NCBI GenBank assembly: GCA_010405405.1
Contig: MU004232.1
Coordinates: 267,481 to 331,480 of the forward strand
Source: Microthyrium microscopicum
Lineage: Eukaryota
Direction: 5' to 3'
Length of the DNA stretch: 64,000 nt
Shown here piece by piece: positions 38,318 through 52,449 of this stretch (positions are counted from its first letter, which is position 1; the number at the start of each line of letters is the position of its first letter). The translations under genes were made by a program, and so were the position numbers. The notes below the pieces were generated by a model. The model searched no databases, was not told the origin of the DNA, and worked only from the letters and a program-made list of their open reading frames with translations.

Positions 38318-39533
38318 GGTATTGAGGTTGCTCTAGTGTGTCTAGAGCTTGTGAAGGAGGTTGTTGTGGATGTAGGAGAGATGGAAGTGGGATGCTGGCA
38401 GGAGAGGTAGAGGGTTGTGTTCCAAGTAGCTGGGATTTCTTTAGGTTTGGAAGAAAGAGAAAGTGAAAAAAAAGCTCCGTTGGAAGTTTCAGAGCTTCAG
38501 AAAGTGAGGTACCTGGCCACTCTGGGGCAAAATCAAAGCGGGCGGACCCGACAGCGGGTAACGATTCTTGGTTGAACCACTAGACAATCACGTGAGGAGT
38601 ATGGCAGTTTTGAATGAGGTTTAGCCGAGCAAGAAGAAAACGTGCCAAATGACCAAATGACCTCCTAGATACCTTCCAAGCAAGGCAGTCGGGATAGCGT
38701 TGGTAGGTAGCTGGGTACAGAAAGCACGATGCAAAAAGAAGCTCGGCAACTGCAATCCCACCACCAACAAACCAACAGCAAATTCAACAGAGAATGCACC
38801 ATCCATGCTTGCCGTATTTGACTTTGATCTGTCGGCTCCCATTGACGGCTGCTCGCGGGGCAAATCATGTCCCCCGCTACCTTCCGTCATCAAGCTTTAA
38901 GCCTGTCCGCACAACTCGAATTTTTAACAAAAATACTGTGATGCAAGGCCGAGTGCGGAGCTTTGGAGGCGTTGCCCCAAGGGAATGGATTAGCGGCGCT
39001 TTTGGCGCGTGGGTTTTAGCCGGGGTGGGCTGCTGTCAAGCTGCAGATCGACCAATTAGAATGGACAAGGGAATGAACTAGCCTTTGATGGGCATAGCTT
39101 TGCGAGGTTTGAATAAGAAATACACGTTTATCTCGACTTCGTTTGAGCAACAACCAACGGACAAAAAGGTGAATGTTGCAGAATGCCATGGCCGCTGTCG
39201 CGTTTGTCGAAAAGCCGGGATGTTATCGTCCTTGATGGGATATTTAGTGTCCATCTTAAACAAGCAGAACAGCTGTTTACTCTGGAGGCAGGCCTAGCCG
39301 CTCTCACAACGCAAAGGAAATGGTTATAACCAGATGTATTCATGGCATTACAACTCTTTGATTTCGAGAATACCTAAGCAGGAACTAATCCAGTCCATCT
39401 TAGCGGTCATCTCAGCAGTATCCGTGGTCTATTCCTTTTGCCATAGGGCACCACACCGCTTTCTGCACAATACCCATTTTGTACAACATTCCATTACTTT
39501 AGCTCACCAAAAGCTAAAAGCCTGCGCATTCCA

Positions 39534-39640
39534 TGATCAAACATTACTCTATAACAGTCAATTGATCATGCCCGAATCGCTGTCCTGCTGTGATCACATA
39601 TTACTCTATAGCAGTAATTTGATCATGCTCCGAATCGCTT
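39534..39640. repeat. 57-bp imperfect tandem duplication
   Basis: tgatca..attactctata.cagt..ttgatcatg..cgaatcgct starts at 39534 and again at 39591. Confidence 0.8.
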
Positions 39641-39751
39641 CCAATGCCTGGAACGCTTCAATGCAAATGTATAAAACAAGGGGTATCATAGTACACGTAA
39701 AAAAATCTAAAGTAGTCGTATCGTATGTTTTTGGCATGTCATCCTTTTCGT

Positions 39752-42700
39752 TCACTCGCGCGCTGGTGCCGATTGAGGATGTGTTGTGTAGGGGTTCCCC
39801 GTATGGGGATTGGAAGGTGGAAGAGAACCGCTAAGTCGAGATGGCATGTGAGGACTATTAAGTCTCGCGCGCACTTGTGGACTGGCAGTCGCCCGAGGAA
39901 GAGAGGCTGGACTCGCAATATGCGGGCTTAGAGTCAGTGGAGGAGTTGCGTTGGGACTCGGCGTTGGACCGGATTGCTGCGAGCTGAATAGCGAGGAGAG
40001 GCGCTTAACCTCTCCTTCAATATGATTAATTCGCTGTGGGTGGGTCTCCATTGCTTCCATACGCCGACGGACCGGCTCGTATTGTTGTTGGATTTTTTGA
40101 CTATAGGCAGCGATGATGCGGGCATGTTCGGCGAGCTGAGCTGGATCGACATGTGCCTGGTTAGAGTCGCGTAGATAAGCCAACATGGCTTGGAAAAGTT
40201 TGTCGGTGGTCAGGTTGTTGAAACGGACTTGGAGGCCGCTTAACATGTTGCGCTGCGCCTCCGCCTGAAGAGCATAGTCTTTTATCTGCTCCGAAAAGTT
40301 CTTGTCGTTGGCTTCGGCGATGCGAACGTTGTTCTTGTTCAATCGTGCGGACTCGATATGATCGGATTGGAGCTTGTCAAGTTTGGTTTCCTGGCTTTGA
40401 TGCGCCTCGTGGAGAGATTTCACGTTCCTCTCCACACTTTTGATTCGCGCACCAAGCTGCGCCGTCGCAGATTGCTCTGCATTTGACGATACAACGGAGG
40501 CAGCGCGAGAAAGAGTAGCTTCCAAGGTCGTGGCTTTCTCACTTTGTTTCTTCAGTTGATCCATTTCCTCGGCCCACAATTTCATGATACTCTGATATTG
40601 CTGAAAGTTATTGTCAACTTGCTCGTGGAAGTCAGCGAATTTGCCGCTGAGCTTGCTCGTAGATTCTTGGAACTCTGCGCTTAATCGATTGGAGGACTCC
40701 CGAATATGTTCAAAAATCTCTTCTTTGCTAAGCAGACCTGACGTATTTCCGTTTGCAAGCTGTTCTCGAACAGCAGCTTGCACAGTCGGATTAATGGCAT
40801 TCCATAACGCAGGCGTACCGTCCGCGTCTTGTAGAGCTAGAACATCACTCCGAAGATTTTCAGGCGACAAGCGAATGTTAATCATGCGCTCAAATACTGC
40901 AGGCAAGTTCACCTTGCTTACATGGCTTCTGACTTCTTCTGTAACCTGTTTGTGGAGATTCTTGTCAATTGTTTGGTTCCCTTCAGCGATAATTATGGGG
41001 AGCACCTTAGTATTTATGAGTCCAATCAGAGTGTCTTGCACATAGCTACGGAACACTTCTCGAATGCTCTCAGTATTGGGAACGTTGAGGTCGTTGACGG
41101 CGGATGTCGCAATGGTGCGAATAGTCTGATCAGTAGGAATGTTGAGGTCGCTGATGGCAGATGCAATACTGGCACGAATAGACTCCTCGGTAGGAACGTT
41201 GGTGCTCGTTGTGGCATGTGTAACACCGGCGCGAATAGACTCCTCAGCCGGAATTCTGGTAACCTTGATGGCAGATTCAACAATGGTGCGAATGGTCTCC
41301 TCAGTTGGGACATTTAGGTCAGTAATGGCAGATTCGACACTGGAGCGAATTGTCTCCCGAGTAGGAATTTTGAGAAATTCCACGTCAGCTTTGAAGTTGG
41401 CTTGATAAATAGCTTTGATGCGCTCCGTGGTAGGAATGTACAAGCCGCTGATGGCGGACTCAACAGCGGATGCAATACCAGTGTGAATGGTTTCTTCAGT
41501 AGGAATATTAAGATCCTTAATGGCGGATGTGATATCGGCACGAATTGTCTGTTCGTCGGGAATACTGAGGTTGCTGATGGCGGATGCCACCACGGACGTA
41601 ACAGCGGTGCGGACTATATCGTCAATCTTTTGCAGAAGGGCCGGTTTGAACTGCTCCTCAGAGCGTTGCGCAACTTCTTGTGTGACGTCTGGCTTTAGCT
41701 CCTGAACTATCTCCTGCTTGAGTTCAGTCTTTAGTTCTTGCTTCACGTCAGACTTGATCCGTGGATATAGGTCCTTAAGCACATTCTGCGTCACACTCGC
41801 AGTGACAGTGCCAATTAGCTCTTGTCTGGATTTTGCATCCAATTGCGGCGGTGGTATTGTTTGAGCGAATTCTGTACGCAGGTCTCTCTTCACTTCGTCG
41901 TTGACTTCATTCTTCAGTTGCGGTTTCAACTTGGCCATCAGCCGAGCTTCAATCTTCTCCGTCATCTCCTCTTGCATTTTGGCAAAGTCGGCCAAAGTCA
42001 GGGTGATAACGCCACTGGTGACCGAAGGTGTAGACAGAGCAGGAGAACCTAGAATTTGTTTAGTATGAATTTACCGCGCTGTGCACACTGCCCGGATTCT
42101 TACCTGTCGGATTCTGTTTCACCACTGTTGGCGTGCTGCCATCACTGGTTTGTTTGCTGAGTTTCTTCAGGTGTTTGACATCGTCAAGGATAGCAGTATA
42201 ACAACTTTGACAATCTAGAGTATGTTAGTGAAAGGATTCTATGCAACATTTTTCTCCCGAAAATCGTTCTTACCTTCAAGACCTTCAGATTGCGCCTTCA
42301 CTTCTTCTGCCAACGTTGAGTGCAACTCTAGTTCTTTATGGATTTTAGCCACGTCCTTTTGAAGTAGAGTAATTGTATCATTGATCTTGGCTTGATGGAA
42401 CGTGAGGTCTTGCGGAGGTTGAGGCGTATTATTCGGTCGAAATCCAGCATTCCTTTCGAGATTATTGTGTCTTTGATCAAGCGTATTATGCTTCATAGCA
42501 AGCGCACCATGTTTTTGACCGAGCTCAATCTGTTTTTGACTAAGCACACCATGTTTGTGGCTGAGGGAATAATGATCTTTGGATAGCATGTCAAGCTGTT
42601 CTTGCAATATCTTGGTTTTCTCATTCAATGTCTCCACGTCTTCACCGAATTCTTTGCTTAGCTGCTGCTCTAAGGCGAGAGTTTTCAGCTTGATTGCGTC

Positions 42701-43817
42701 AAATTCTTCCTCGAGGACTGTGAAGTTGTTTTGCTGCTTCGCATTCTGACTCTGTATGCCCCTATGCACAGTGAGTTCATGCTGGAATTTTGCATTTGTC
42801 TTGAGCAGTTCCTCTTGCTTCGTCTGCAGGCCATCCACTCTGCTGAAAACGTTTTCTCGGTTAAGTCGGGCGGTTGTCTGTCCAAGCTCGTTAAGCTTGG
42901 TCTCATACCGATCGAGTCTCTTGAATACGTTCATGTGATTTTTGTCAAGCACGGCCAGCTTTTCTCCATGTCTAGTCTGCGTCTTCTCGACCTCGTCGAA
43001 GCGATTATTGGTTTGCTTCCGCAATGCGACGTGACGCCGATCAAAGTCGTCGAACTCTTCTTGAAAGTCTCCTTGCCCACCAGAGTTTTTGCTTAGCCGT
43101 TCAAGCTCCTCGCGCGCGTTTCCTTTCCAGATGAAAAGGCGGTCGATTTCGTCATCGTGCTTCTGCACCTTATTTTGCAAATCAAAGATTGGCATTAAAG
43201 TCTGCTCTTGTTTGTCGCTTGCCTTTTGAGCTGCTTCCTTGTTCTGCTGAAGTGTGGACTCATAGTCGGATATTTCCTTGATGGCCTTTTGATATGCATC
43301 TAACGTTGCCTTGGCGGGCTTTTCGGATTTGTCTATGACCGTTTTCCGGTCTGATGCTTGCTTTCTTGACAAGGCAAGTTTTTGTTCAATGTCATTGGAT
43401 ACAATTAGACCTCGCATGGATACCTGCTGGTCCTCAATATAGGCGGCAGCACTGATCGACCGTGGACCCGTTGGCAACGAAGGCGGAGGCTTCATGGGTG
43501 TTGATGATCTAACACTCGATGCTGCTGATTTGGTCGCAGGAACGGGGTCTTTATTTGGCTCAGACTGGCCACGATTGCTCATAGATGAACGTCGGGAATT
43601 GATAGGCGAGGCATTACTGCTAGTACTGACTTCGCCTATGTGTGAGGCTCGACGATCATCTTGACGCTTCGTGTATTCACCTAATGAAAACTGATAGTTG
43701 ATTAGTTCGGAGTTTTGAGATTAGTGGAATAGTACTTACTGTCTTTTGCTTTTTAGGCTCGCCATTAGGGTGTAATGCAGATGACGCAGGTCGTTTTGGA
43801 AGTGTAGGTGTATCCAT
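39752..43817 (-). CDS. Large (about 1300 aa) coiled-coil protein with an internal ~19-aa repeat; exons about 43817-43740, 43681-42273, 42215-42104, 42048-39752
   Basis: Long ORFs 42239-43582 and 39752-41995 are linked by gtaag donors and ctaa(c/a)..tag acceptors. ATG at 43817. The protein is heptad-rich in E/K/Q/L. No family was recognised. Confidence 0.8.
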
Positions 43818-46816
43818 TTATGATATCGGTTTCTATGTATGTTAGCTTTCTGAGTAGTGCGCACGATGCAAGGGCAACTATAAGCAATAGGTTCCACATG
43901 TATAACCTTATGAATAATAAATAGATTTGGTTTACATAGTGTATGCTCAGCTCAAGATTTTGATAATTTTCACTTACTTCTACAACACTGAGCTTTTATA
44001 TCTTTGACTCCTCTAGCATCAGCTTCTCAAGTTTGGCAGCTTGCGCCAGCCAAAGTTGAGAACGACGCGTAGAGGTGAGGTTTGTTGACGTGTCGATGAT
44101 CAAACACTGAGGTAAACAATTGTGTTGTCGGGTCGATGAGTGAATGGTAATCAAGATGCTCCCGCGCACCGTAGATTGATTGTCGAGCAATTGCGAACGT
44201 ACCGGGAGCGCAGTGACAGCAATTGATGCTCAAATGTTGGAGGTTGCAGGAGAAATAAATTCTGGGAGAAGGCGACCAGGTACTAGACCAAATGCACGGT
44301 ACTAGTTTTTTGGAGGTCTGTGCAGAAAGGCGGGGCAGGGATGGTTGCACAAATGCCACAAACACAGCCAATGGAATTGCCTCCTCAGGCCAATCGCTCC
44401 TTCTTTTTAAGCTGATCGCAGCTTCCTCCTGAAATCCTGGGATCTTTCGATTGTGAGGCCTCACTGAGTCACCCTTTGGCAACTGCAATGTACCAATATC
44501 AATCGATTTTTATGTCTTGACTCTTGATTCTAGTGCTTGAGTCTTATGCTCGAACAGTCACTATGATCTTCAGGGTTTCAATGCTATTCATACACGTTGT
44601 AGCAATGTATGTCATAGACTTTATTCTGCTTGCTTCTCCCAGATTCTGCGCCAGGAAAACTGAGCCGTCGGAAAGAAATGCAGCTCCCCGTAATTGGCTT
44701 GCACTACTTCTTTCCAGCTGGAGTAAGAGTGGATATTCTGGGCTCATATGCTTGAATATTGATCTTAACCAGACATGATATCATCCATAAGATTTGTACT
44801 ACTTGGTAGGTAATCGTATAAGATGTAAAGAAAAATGAGTAGACATTACGAGTAGTCTTTAAGAATGATAGAACAATTGAGCGAGAAAGTTTAAGAGACG
44901 AAATACGCGTTACGGAAAACCCTAGCTTTTATACAAACGAGTATTAATTCGTAAGCGAGCACGTGAATGAGCAATTAAACTTGATTAACATAGATTAATA
45001 TGGCCCTATCAATGCACTAGAGACAGATCAGGTTTAGCTTACCCCTTAATGTTTTAAGCGATTGGATCTCATGCCTTTCGGAAGACGGAACGATTCCCCA
45101 AATGAGCTCTTGCATTGAACAGAGCGTATCTGCTACGAGTCATGAGACACCTTCCTTAGATGAATTCTGCGGGAAAGAGTTGTCGCGATAAGAGCTTCTC
45201 TAAGATTGGGAATTATGTATCTATCAAAGAACGGAAAAGAATGGGAAGTCTCCATTGAATTATTGCTGAAGCTGAAGCTTAAATTCATATTCAGCTGTCC
45301 AGCTGAAGCACCTCGCAATGGAAGCCTAAAACCCCACAGAAACATCAATCGTATTCGCTCCGGGAGAGCAGACAATACTCTCAGGAACCGTCCTTAAAAA
45401 CGGGCAATTTGGCAGCAAAACTCACATTCGAAAAGCTGCCTAGGTTGCACACCAACGGAACCAGTCCTAAGGAGCAGCTTTTCGGTAGTGAAGCTAAATC
45501 AAGAGCTTGAGGTTAGAGCAAACCTTAAATTCACAACCTCATGTCCTGATCCCGTCATCTCCAGACTTTCCGCTCCTAGACTTGAGTTGGAGCTGCAAGA
45601 ATTTCTGCGAAGGTCTGGACGGAGCATCATGCTGCTATCGCGCTTTGTGCTTTCATACCCTTACGATATGAAAGCACCGCTACTGCGGCATGTTGGATGA
45701 AAGAGGATATCGATCAACGCAAGAGACCCTCCTGTTCCTGGCAAATATCAAAAGTCAGAGATGGTACCAACTAGGTGGTGATATAACCGATAGGACACCG
45801 CGAGTTACCGAGTTTCGATACCGAGTCCAATGGACTCAAAGTTACAGAAGTACGTTTTTGAAATTTAGTATTTTACGACTCTCGGCATGGCTGCTAGCAC
45901 TTTATCTTTGCCCTTGTACAATCACTGGAGCAGCAGTACTGGAGGACAATAGCACTCTGATTGCCTTGGTATCGCAAGCAAACGCAGTGTGAACTGAGTC
46001 TTCGAGAGTACCAGGCTTTGCGTGGGTGGAGCTTGTCATAGACCTCACGATAGGCCTCACCAGTTCCTACTGGCAAGAGCGTCAATGTCATTCATCATGG
46101 CACTATGGATATGCCCATAATAGCTTCATTGAGGGGAGCTTCCACATGGAATGTGGAAAGATTGCTCGTAGCTGATTGATATTGAATAGTACATCAAGAC
46201 AAGCTTCGTAAGTCCTGCCTTATGAGAAGGTGTCTCGCTACTAGCAGGCGAAGCATTACAACAGACTCGCACAAGAGTCGAGTTTCTAGAAAAGTGCAAG
46301 CTAAAACAAATGTCAAAACACCAAGTTTCAAAACGAAAGCTTGACCTGAGCACCGCAGAAAGCTTGTCCCATGTAGCTGCAATTACATTACATGAAAAAT
46401 GCTTATCACTTCTAGGCAAACAAATATGACTCAAGAATTCCTCATTGCATTATTCTATATACATGAATCCTTGTATCCAATTCCATGATCATCCTCCAAT
46501 ATATACATAACAACAATGCACAGGCAGCGATGCCAAACCATGGCACAATTATCTAATCAGGCATATAGCCCAGCCAAACGCGTGGCTAAAACGTCGCCTT
46601 GTATCCAAAAGACCTTTGCTATGCGGAGAATTGGGAGCGATCCCAAAACAAAAAGAATTCAATATGCTAGAAATGACCGCTTTCAACCACTCGCGGGTGG
46701 GAGGAATATGCTAGGCCAATCTAAAACGCCGGTAAAAATGCAGCACCTTCCTGGCGGAAGGGCAATGGGTATCTTTTCATTAAAAATTTCGTGTCGAATG
46801 CGAGTAATTGGTTGCT

Positions 46817-47850
46817 TCAGCGGCGGAGCTTGCGGATCCAGTTGACGGGCTCTTTTTGCTTGTTGGGTGAGGGAGCTGGTTTCTTGATCCAGGTTTTTGT
46901 TTCTGAGTCCCAGATGTGACTATGGAATGGTTAGTAAGAGTGTGGTGTGTAGAATGGTGTTAGACTTACCCTTCGTACTCGGTCAATGTCAATGCCTTTT
47001 CTTGATATTCTTCCACTAGGAGTTTATCGTACGCATATGGCACTCTCGTAGGGACGCCTTCAAACGTCGTCTCCCGCATGGGATACATATCCCGCATCTG
47101 ATAGTGATGTAGATTCTTGCAGCTGATTATGCCTGGGCTTGTTTGTGGATCAGTTTCGCTTAGGCCGGTGATATCGATGTATAGACCATTCTTCGTATCG
47201 ATCCAGCGCGCATCGATAATATTCATGCCGTCGCCACGTACCCGCTCCCAAGACATTGAGTTTACATCCAGCAGATACTCGCGCGTCGACTCCGTGTCTT
47301 TGCCGGCATATTGGTGTTTGGTCTGGTTCAGGTGGCGAGCCATGTATGCCAGTGTATCGCCAGAAACTTGTGTATCAACATCCCAGTCCCAAGGCAGAAT
47401 GTGACCATTCCACCACCAGCCGAGGAGCGTGCCGTGAGCAATCCAAGTTTCGAGACCGCGCTCGCGGAAGAAGTTGAGATACGCGCGCATCATGTGAGAG
47501 AGGGTGGCGGTGCGCTCTTCGTAGGAGACTATGCCTTTGAAGTAGCGGATGTCGTAGTGGCCGAGTTGGTCATCGTTGCTATAGACTATGTTAGTGATCT
47601 ATGAATGGTGAGTGATATGTTTGAAAGGGACATACCCTGGCTCATCTGTAAATTGATTAGCTTGTTGTACATTGGACTCAGTTGGAATCGAGTACTTACG
47701 GAAATACTTTGCATCTTCATCAACCCATCCTTGTGCTAGCCTTGTATCGCGAGTTGGTGGTCCAACGAATGGTGGAGGCGAGCGGCCGGGAAGTGCTGAT
47801 GCTATTGCCAGGCAAAAAGCAGAGGTAGTTAAACAGCTTATCAGCCGCAT
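46817..47850 (-). CDS. LicD/Mnn4-family nucleotidyltransferase-fold protein with signal peptide; exons 47850-47700, 47645-47636, 47578-46970, 46919-46817
   Basis: Spliced KYFHEPG..LGHYDIRYF, TWIAHGTLLGWWWNG..PWDWDVDTQV, NIIDARWID..GLYIDIT, CKNLH and FEGVP, with a hydrophobic N-terminus. Confidence 0.9.
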
Positions 47851-50800
47851 GGCCTCGGTGTTCTATAGAGTTCTGATCTGCATACAATTGCGGTGGTAGG
47901 TACCGGAGTAGTGGAATGTTTCAAAATGCTGATGTTGATATAACCAATACGCGGAAAATAATTTGTGACTTTTTGATAAAATGTGATGAGATGGTTCTGG
48001 CACACAGGACAATGATGAAGTAATAATTGGTTTCACTTCAACTTCGGATGCTGACGTAGGATCCAAAAAAAGAGTACAGCCGTGTCAGGAAGCTGGGGAG
48101 GCGTAGCGCCACTGCGGTTAGATCGGGGTTGTTGCGTGTTCAGGGACAATGAACAAGGCTGGAAAGCTAAACCGAGTAATGTTTGATAGAATAGTAAGTG
48201 GTTCCCGGTGGAAGTTTAGGATCCAGTCGTGGAAGGCGATATTGTGATAGAAGATTCCAATGGTTGAACCCAAAAGGGTGGGTGGTAGAATGGCAGGGAG
48301 GTTGTTTATAGAAACAGCCTTTGGGAAGTTGGGAAGAACAAGGAACAACACCTTGCAGGAGCGTAACACGAAGCCAAGGAGTTTGCCAAGTACAACTAAA
48401 ACACACAAGAAATGGTTAGGACGACTGGAGATGTAGGTAAAGTGCTAGAGATGCAGCGCAAAAGCTTGGTATAAAAACCGATGGGAGACGATCTGAATTC
48501 AAGGTTCAACACTCTTGTAGCGAACAGGCGTCGCAACAGTCGCAGAAGTCGCACGACACCACTCAAGGGCAACGTCATGCAGCCGCCATCCCGTACCGCT
48601 AGGTATTCTTTTGGAGTATCCATCCGTATGGGGGTGGATCTGGCGGGAGGCTTGCTGTCAAGGGGACAAGGAGGAACCAGCGACAAGAGGTTCCGGCTCC
48701 CTGTCACCCATGCTGTGAGCCCGGGTATTACTCTTTGTACCCACCTTGATAGCAAGAAAATGCCTCCTAGTTTCTGCAAAAGGTCAATATCATGTGCTCG
48801 CGTGAGCTGAAGCTCACTTTGTGTGAGAGTTCCGGGTTTTTTTGACCATTTGATGGCGAGTCAAACCCCTACTTGAAGATCAGATATACTCATGATCTCT
48901 TGCCAGACTTTGGTGGCCAATCCACCCTGGTTCAAGCAAGTGCCACGAGTAACTTTGACTCTTAAGGACATGGCGGGGAATTTGCTGCCCCCGGTATTCG
49001 AAGGTTGACCTTGACGGCGATCATGGCATAGGTTCAAAGTCCTGGCGAACTGCTGCTTAGGGCGTCATGTATTGCTACCAATTATCATCAAGTGGATGCA
49101 GTGCATTAGACTCGGTTCTTGATGATTATTATGCGCGACTCGGTAGAAAACTGCATCGCTATCGTTATGCAAAAGTCAAGAGGCAAGGCCTAGTAAGGAG
49201 CACAAAACACCAAGCCGGTATCCGGCAAGACTCAAGTATGCAAGTTTGCATTTTGCCAAGTCTTGACTAACAGAGTTGAGAAGGAGGACACACGACACCT
49301 CCATTTTAGCATCTTCTAAAGTTCTAACACGCTTTTGCTTGCTTAGCGACCGTTGAGATCTTCTCTCCACCCACTAGAGCATAGAGCCTGCCATCTTTTA
49401 TCCATCTTATCTTGCTCACCCGCTTGCTTTTTGCCTAATGCATGCGCTCGCTTACCATTCCAAGTTGTCAGTGGACAGTAACAATCAACCCACTCTTGAG
49501 CGGTATCAACAAACCAAACCACCTCATCCGTCTTGAAGGTGCTTTTGTGTTGCATTTTAGTAGTGGGCCAAGACGGATACGAAAAGTGTTACAGAGAAGT
49601 AGCGATAAGCAGTCCTGAAAATACTGACCCACGCCCGCCTAACCGCCAGTTTCATTTACGCCATAAGTTTATGTGAGATGAAAACAACCAACCAAAACTG
49701 CTCGCGTGCCCGCCCGATTGCTTGAGCACGCGGCCTTGAGAAATGAGGTTCGGCACCAACTCCGTTCTCCTCATCAGCCTCATTCCTCGGCTCAAACGCC
49801 ATGGCACCTCAGTACGCGCGTTGCGCTTTCTTCATTCTTCAACGTTTCGGCGCCTGCTGACGATGTGTTTAAACACCCGCTTTGTACGTAAACCCGACAC
49901 GACGATAGAAAATCTCATTTTCCTCAAAATGCTTCATGCCCCGCCCGAAAGGGACAGAGACGGCATCGATCTGCGCTTCACCACCCAAGCAAGGTCTCTC
50001 AGAAGTGGAGACACATGGTCGCATCCTTGAGGGTTCTGCAGGTGCAGCGCAGCCAGTGAAACTGCCCGCCCAAGTTTTCTGTCTCGCGACAATAATACCT
50101 GACGACATCAACCTGCAATAATAAACGGAGCGGTTGGTTCATGGAGAATCTGACAATTGCGATGCCGGCTATAATCTCATCTGACATGATCTTCCCTCAC
50201 ATGAGTCCCCCTCTGCGGCGTCTGTGCCGCTGCGTGCCTGCGCTGCATTCCGCTCGGTCGCAATTTTGCACCCAGCGACTGGGCGGGTGAACGCGCGTCC
50301 TACCAGCTCAATGGCCAAAGAGTAATGAGGATCCGCTCAAATCTGAAGCAAGAACGTTGAACCGTTCGCCTTTCAAACGGGATGTTACCGCTGTACAAAT
50401 TTCGGGATTACAAGAAATGCGGCTCGTCGTGTACAGCAGGTCCTGAAGCAACCTGAAATATCTATTTTTGATGCGACAGAGCCTCACTGATCGCTGGTCA
50501 ATCTTTAATTTATTTAAATTGGTTTGTTGGCTCCTGCGTCGACTATTCCGGGTATTTGGTTTGAATCCTTTTCCTCGTACTACTTTTCTTCAACTTCACC
50601 TTGAGTTGTTAAGAATTAATTTGATACTTATGAACCATTCAACAATAGAGTATTCCTATTCATGTATCAATGCAGCACTTACCGCTGCACAATCACCCCG
50701 GCGCTGGCTGACGGATTATGGATATCCTGATATCAGAAGCTTTCAATGATTGTTCTAACTTGTAGCTGATGTATTGTTTTAGTTGCTAAAGGACCTCGAC

Positions 50801-51384
50801 TTCACCTCAAATGCTACCACAAAGTGATACCATAAGGCAGTGAACGGATACCGATGCCGCGTCTTGAGATGTCCTACAGACCTCTCTGAAGCTAAAACAA
50901 ACATTCATATATGTTGTCTACCATTTTTTAAGTCGGGCTTGTGTCTAGCAGTAGGCATTGTTAGACAGGAGTGGTGCTATCCAACTCTCCAGGAGCAGCA
51001 ATCGCCTATCGACGCAAGTCTGAGAGAGGTAGCTCAGCTTCAGAGAAGGCTGAAGCTTTTGTTGCACCAATTACCAATTCCAGCAGAATGTAAATGCTTT
51101 GGAAGCTCATGTTCTTGTGCCGGTAATGCTGCGTCGAAAATTATGCCATACTTTGTACCAGTTCCTATTAGTAGAATTTGATTGCGACGAACTTAAACTC
51201 TCCTCCCCCTGCAGGACTATGTTGTGCTTCCACTGTTCTCTACGCCTCTTCTCACGCTCACAAGCGGCTTCTTTTTCAGTTGACTCTGAGCACATCGACA
51301 TCCTATCTTCCTCCTCTCCACGGCGAACTATCTCGTAATGCTCAAGGTTGGCAATCGAGGAGACCCCTATGATGGCAGGTATTG

Positions 51385-51891
51385 TTAGTCATTTTGTACG
51401 TGAGATGTGAAAATTGGCTTACCCGTATCACGATTAACACTGTTACTAGCAATGCCGCAGCTATTAGGCCTCCAGCTTTCTGGCGAACTGTTTTGGCGAT
51501 AGTCTGGCGAACTGTTGTAGCCATAGGACTCAATGCGACGAGCGCTCCTTTTGTACTCGGACCAGCGCTCGATGTCGTAGTGCGAGGAGAGATACACGTC
51601 GAACGATGATCGACGGTTTGTATCCGTCATAATGTCTAAATTATCAAAAATTCTGCTATTCGATTCAAGTTTATATAGTTGTGACTTCGATATCCAGAAT
51701 TCGTTCTCACCCTCGCAGGCTGAGTTAGAATGGATGACACTCTCTCGGGGTCCACCAGTTCCGTCATGATCGCACTGAAGGCCGTCAAAAGAGTTTTCAA
51801 AGTATGATGGGCTGCTATCGTGTAAATGAGGACGCTCCATCTCCATAGATGTTGACATTGCAGTACTGAAAGCCTCCATGTTACGATACAA
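51385..51891 (-). CDS. Possible hypothetical protein exon
   Basis: 168-codon ORF with a gtaagc donor (51422) and a ctaac..tag acceptor near its end. No motif was recognised and the downstream frame is unresolved. Confidence 0.3.
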   Translation of the reverse strand: MYRNMEAFSTAMSTSMEMERPHLHDSSPSYFENSFDGLQCDHDGTGGPRESVIHSNSACEGENEFWISKSQLYKLESNSRIFDNLDIMTDTNRRSSFDVYLSSHYDIERWSEYKRSARRIESYGYNSSPDYRQNSSPESWRPNSCGIASNSVNRDTGKPIFTSHVQND

Positions 51892-52449
51892 TCAAGCAAA
51901 GATGCTGATTGAAATTTGCAGGTCCTGGGCGACAATGTCTGATTTGTGTCGGGAGATAAGTACAACTGTATATGAGAGTTATAGGTCTGGGGGATGTTGA
52001 ACGTTCTCAAGGAAGAGTTGAGGTGTCAAAAACTGCCTGCGAATTTGACTCGGCTTGGTCTTTGCCTTCTCTCATGTAGGCCAGTTCTCTGCCAATTGAA
52101 TCGTTAGCCGTGACTCAGAGCCGCCGCTGCAGGCGTAGGCAGACGGAAAGATTGACCGGTGAGAGGCAAAGAGCCTGGGTTGCTTTACCCTTGTCTTCCA
52201 ATCGAAGGCAAGCAATGAAGCATCGCGCATGATGGCATTACAATATTGCTTGATTGTTCATAAGACAAAGTGGCACAGCGTATTCATGTGCATTCGTAAG
52301 TGCGTTTCTGCCTGTCAGGTCTTTCCGTAGTTCGAGATGAGAGATTGTCTAGAGAGAGCATGAAGTGAGATCAATCATCGCGACTCTACATCGAGGCTTA
52401 ACCAAAATGTTTAGATTTTAGGTACAAGATCGTCCAGGTCCAAAATGGT

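Noticed and set aside
44000..46500. Many short ORFs between the coiled-coil and LicD genes
   Set aside because: No recognisable motifs or consistent splice chain; treated as intergenic.
48100..51300. Short ORFs on both strands
   Set aside because: I could not assemble a coherent gene model or recognise any domain.
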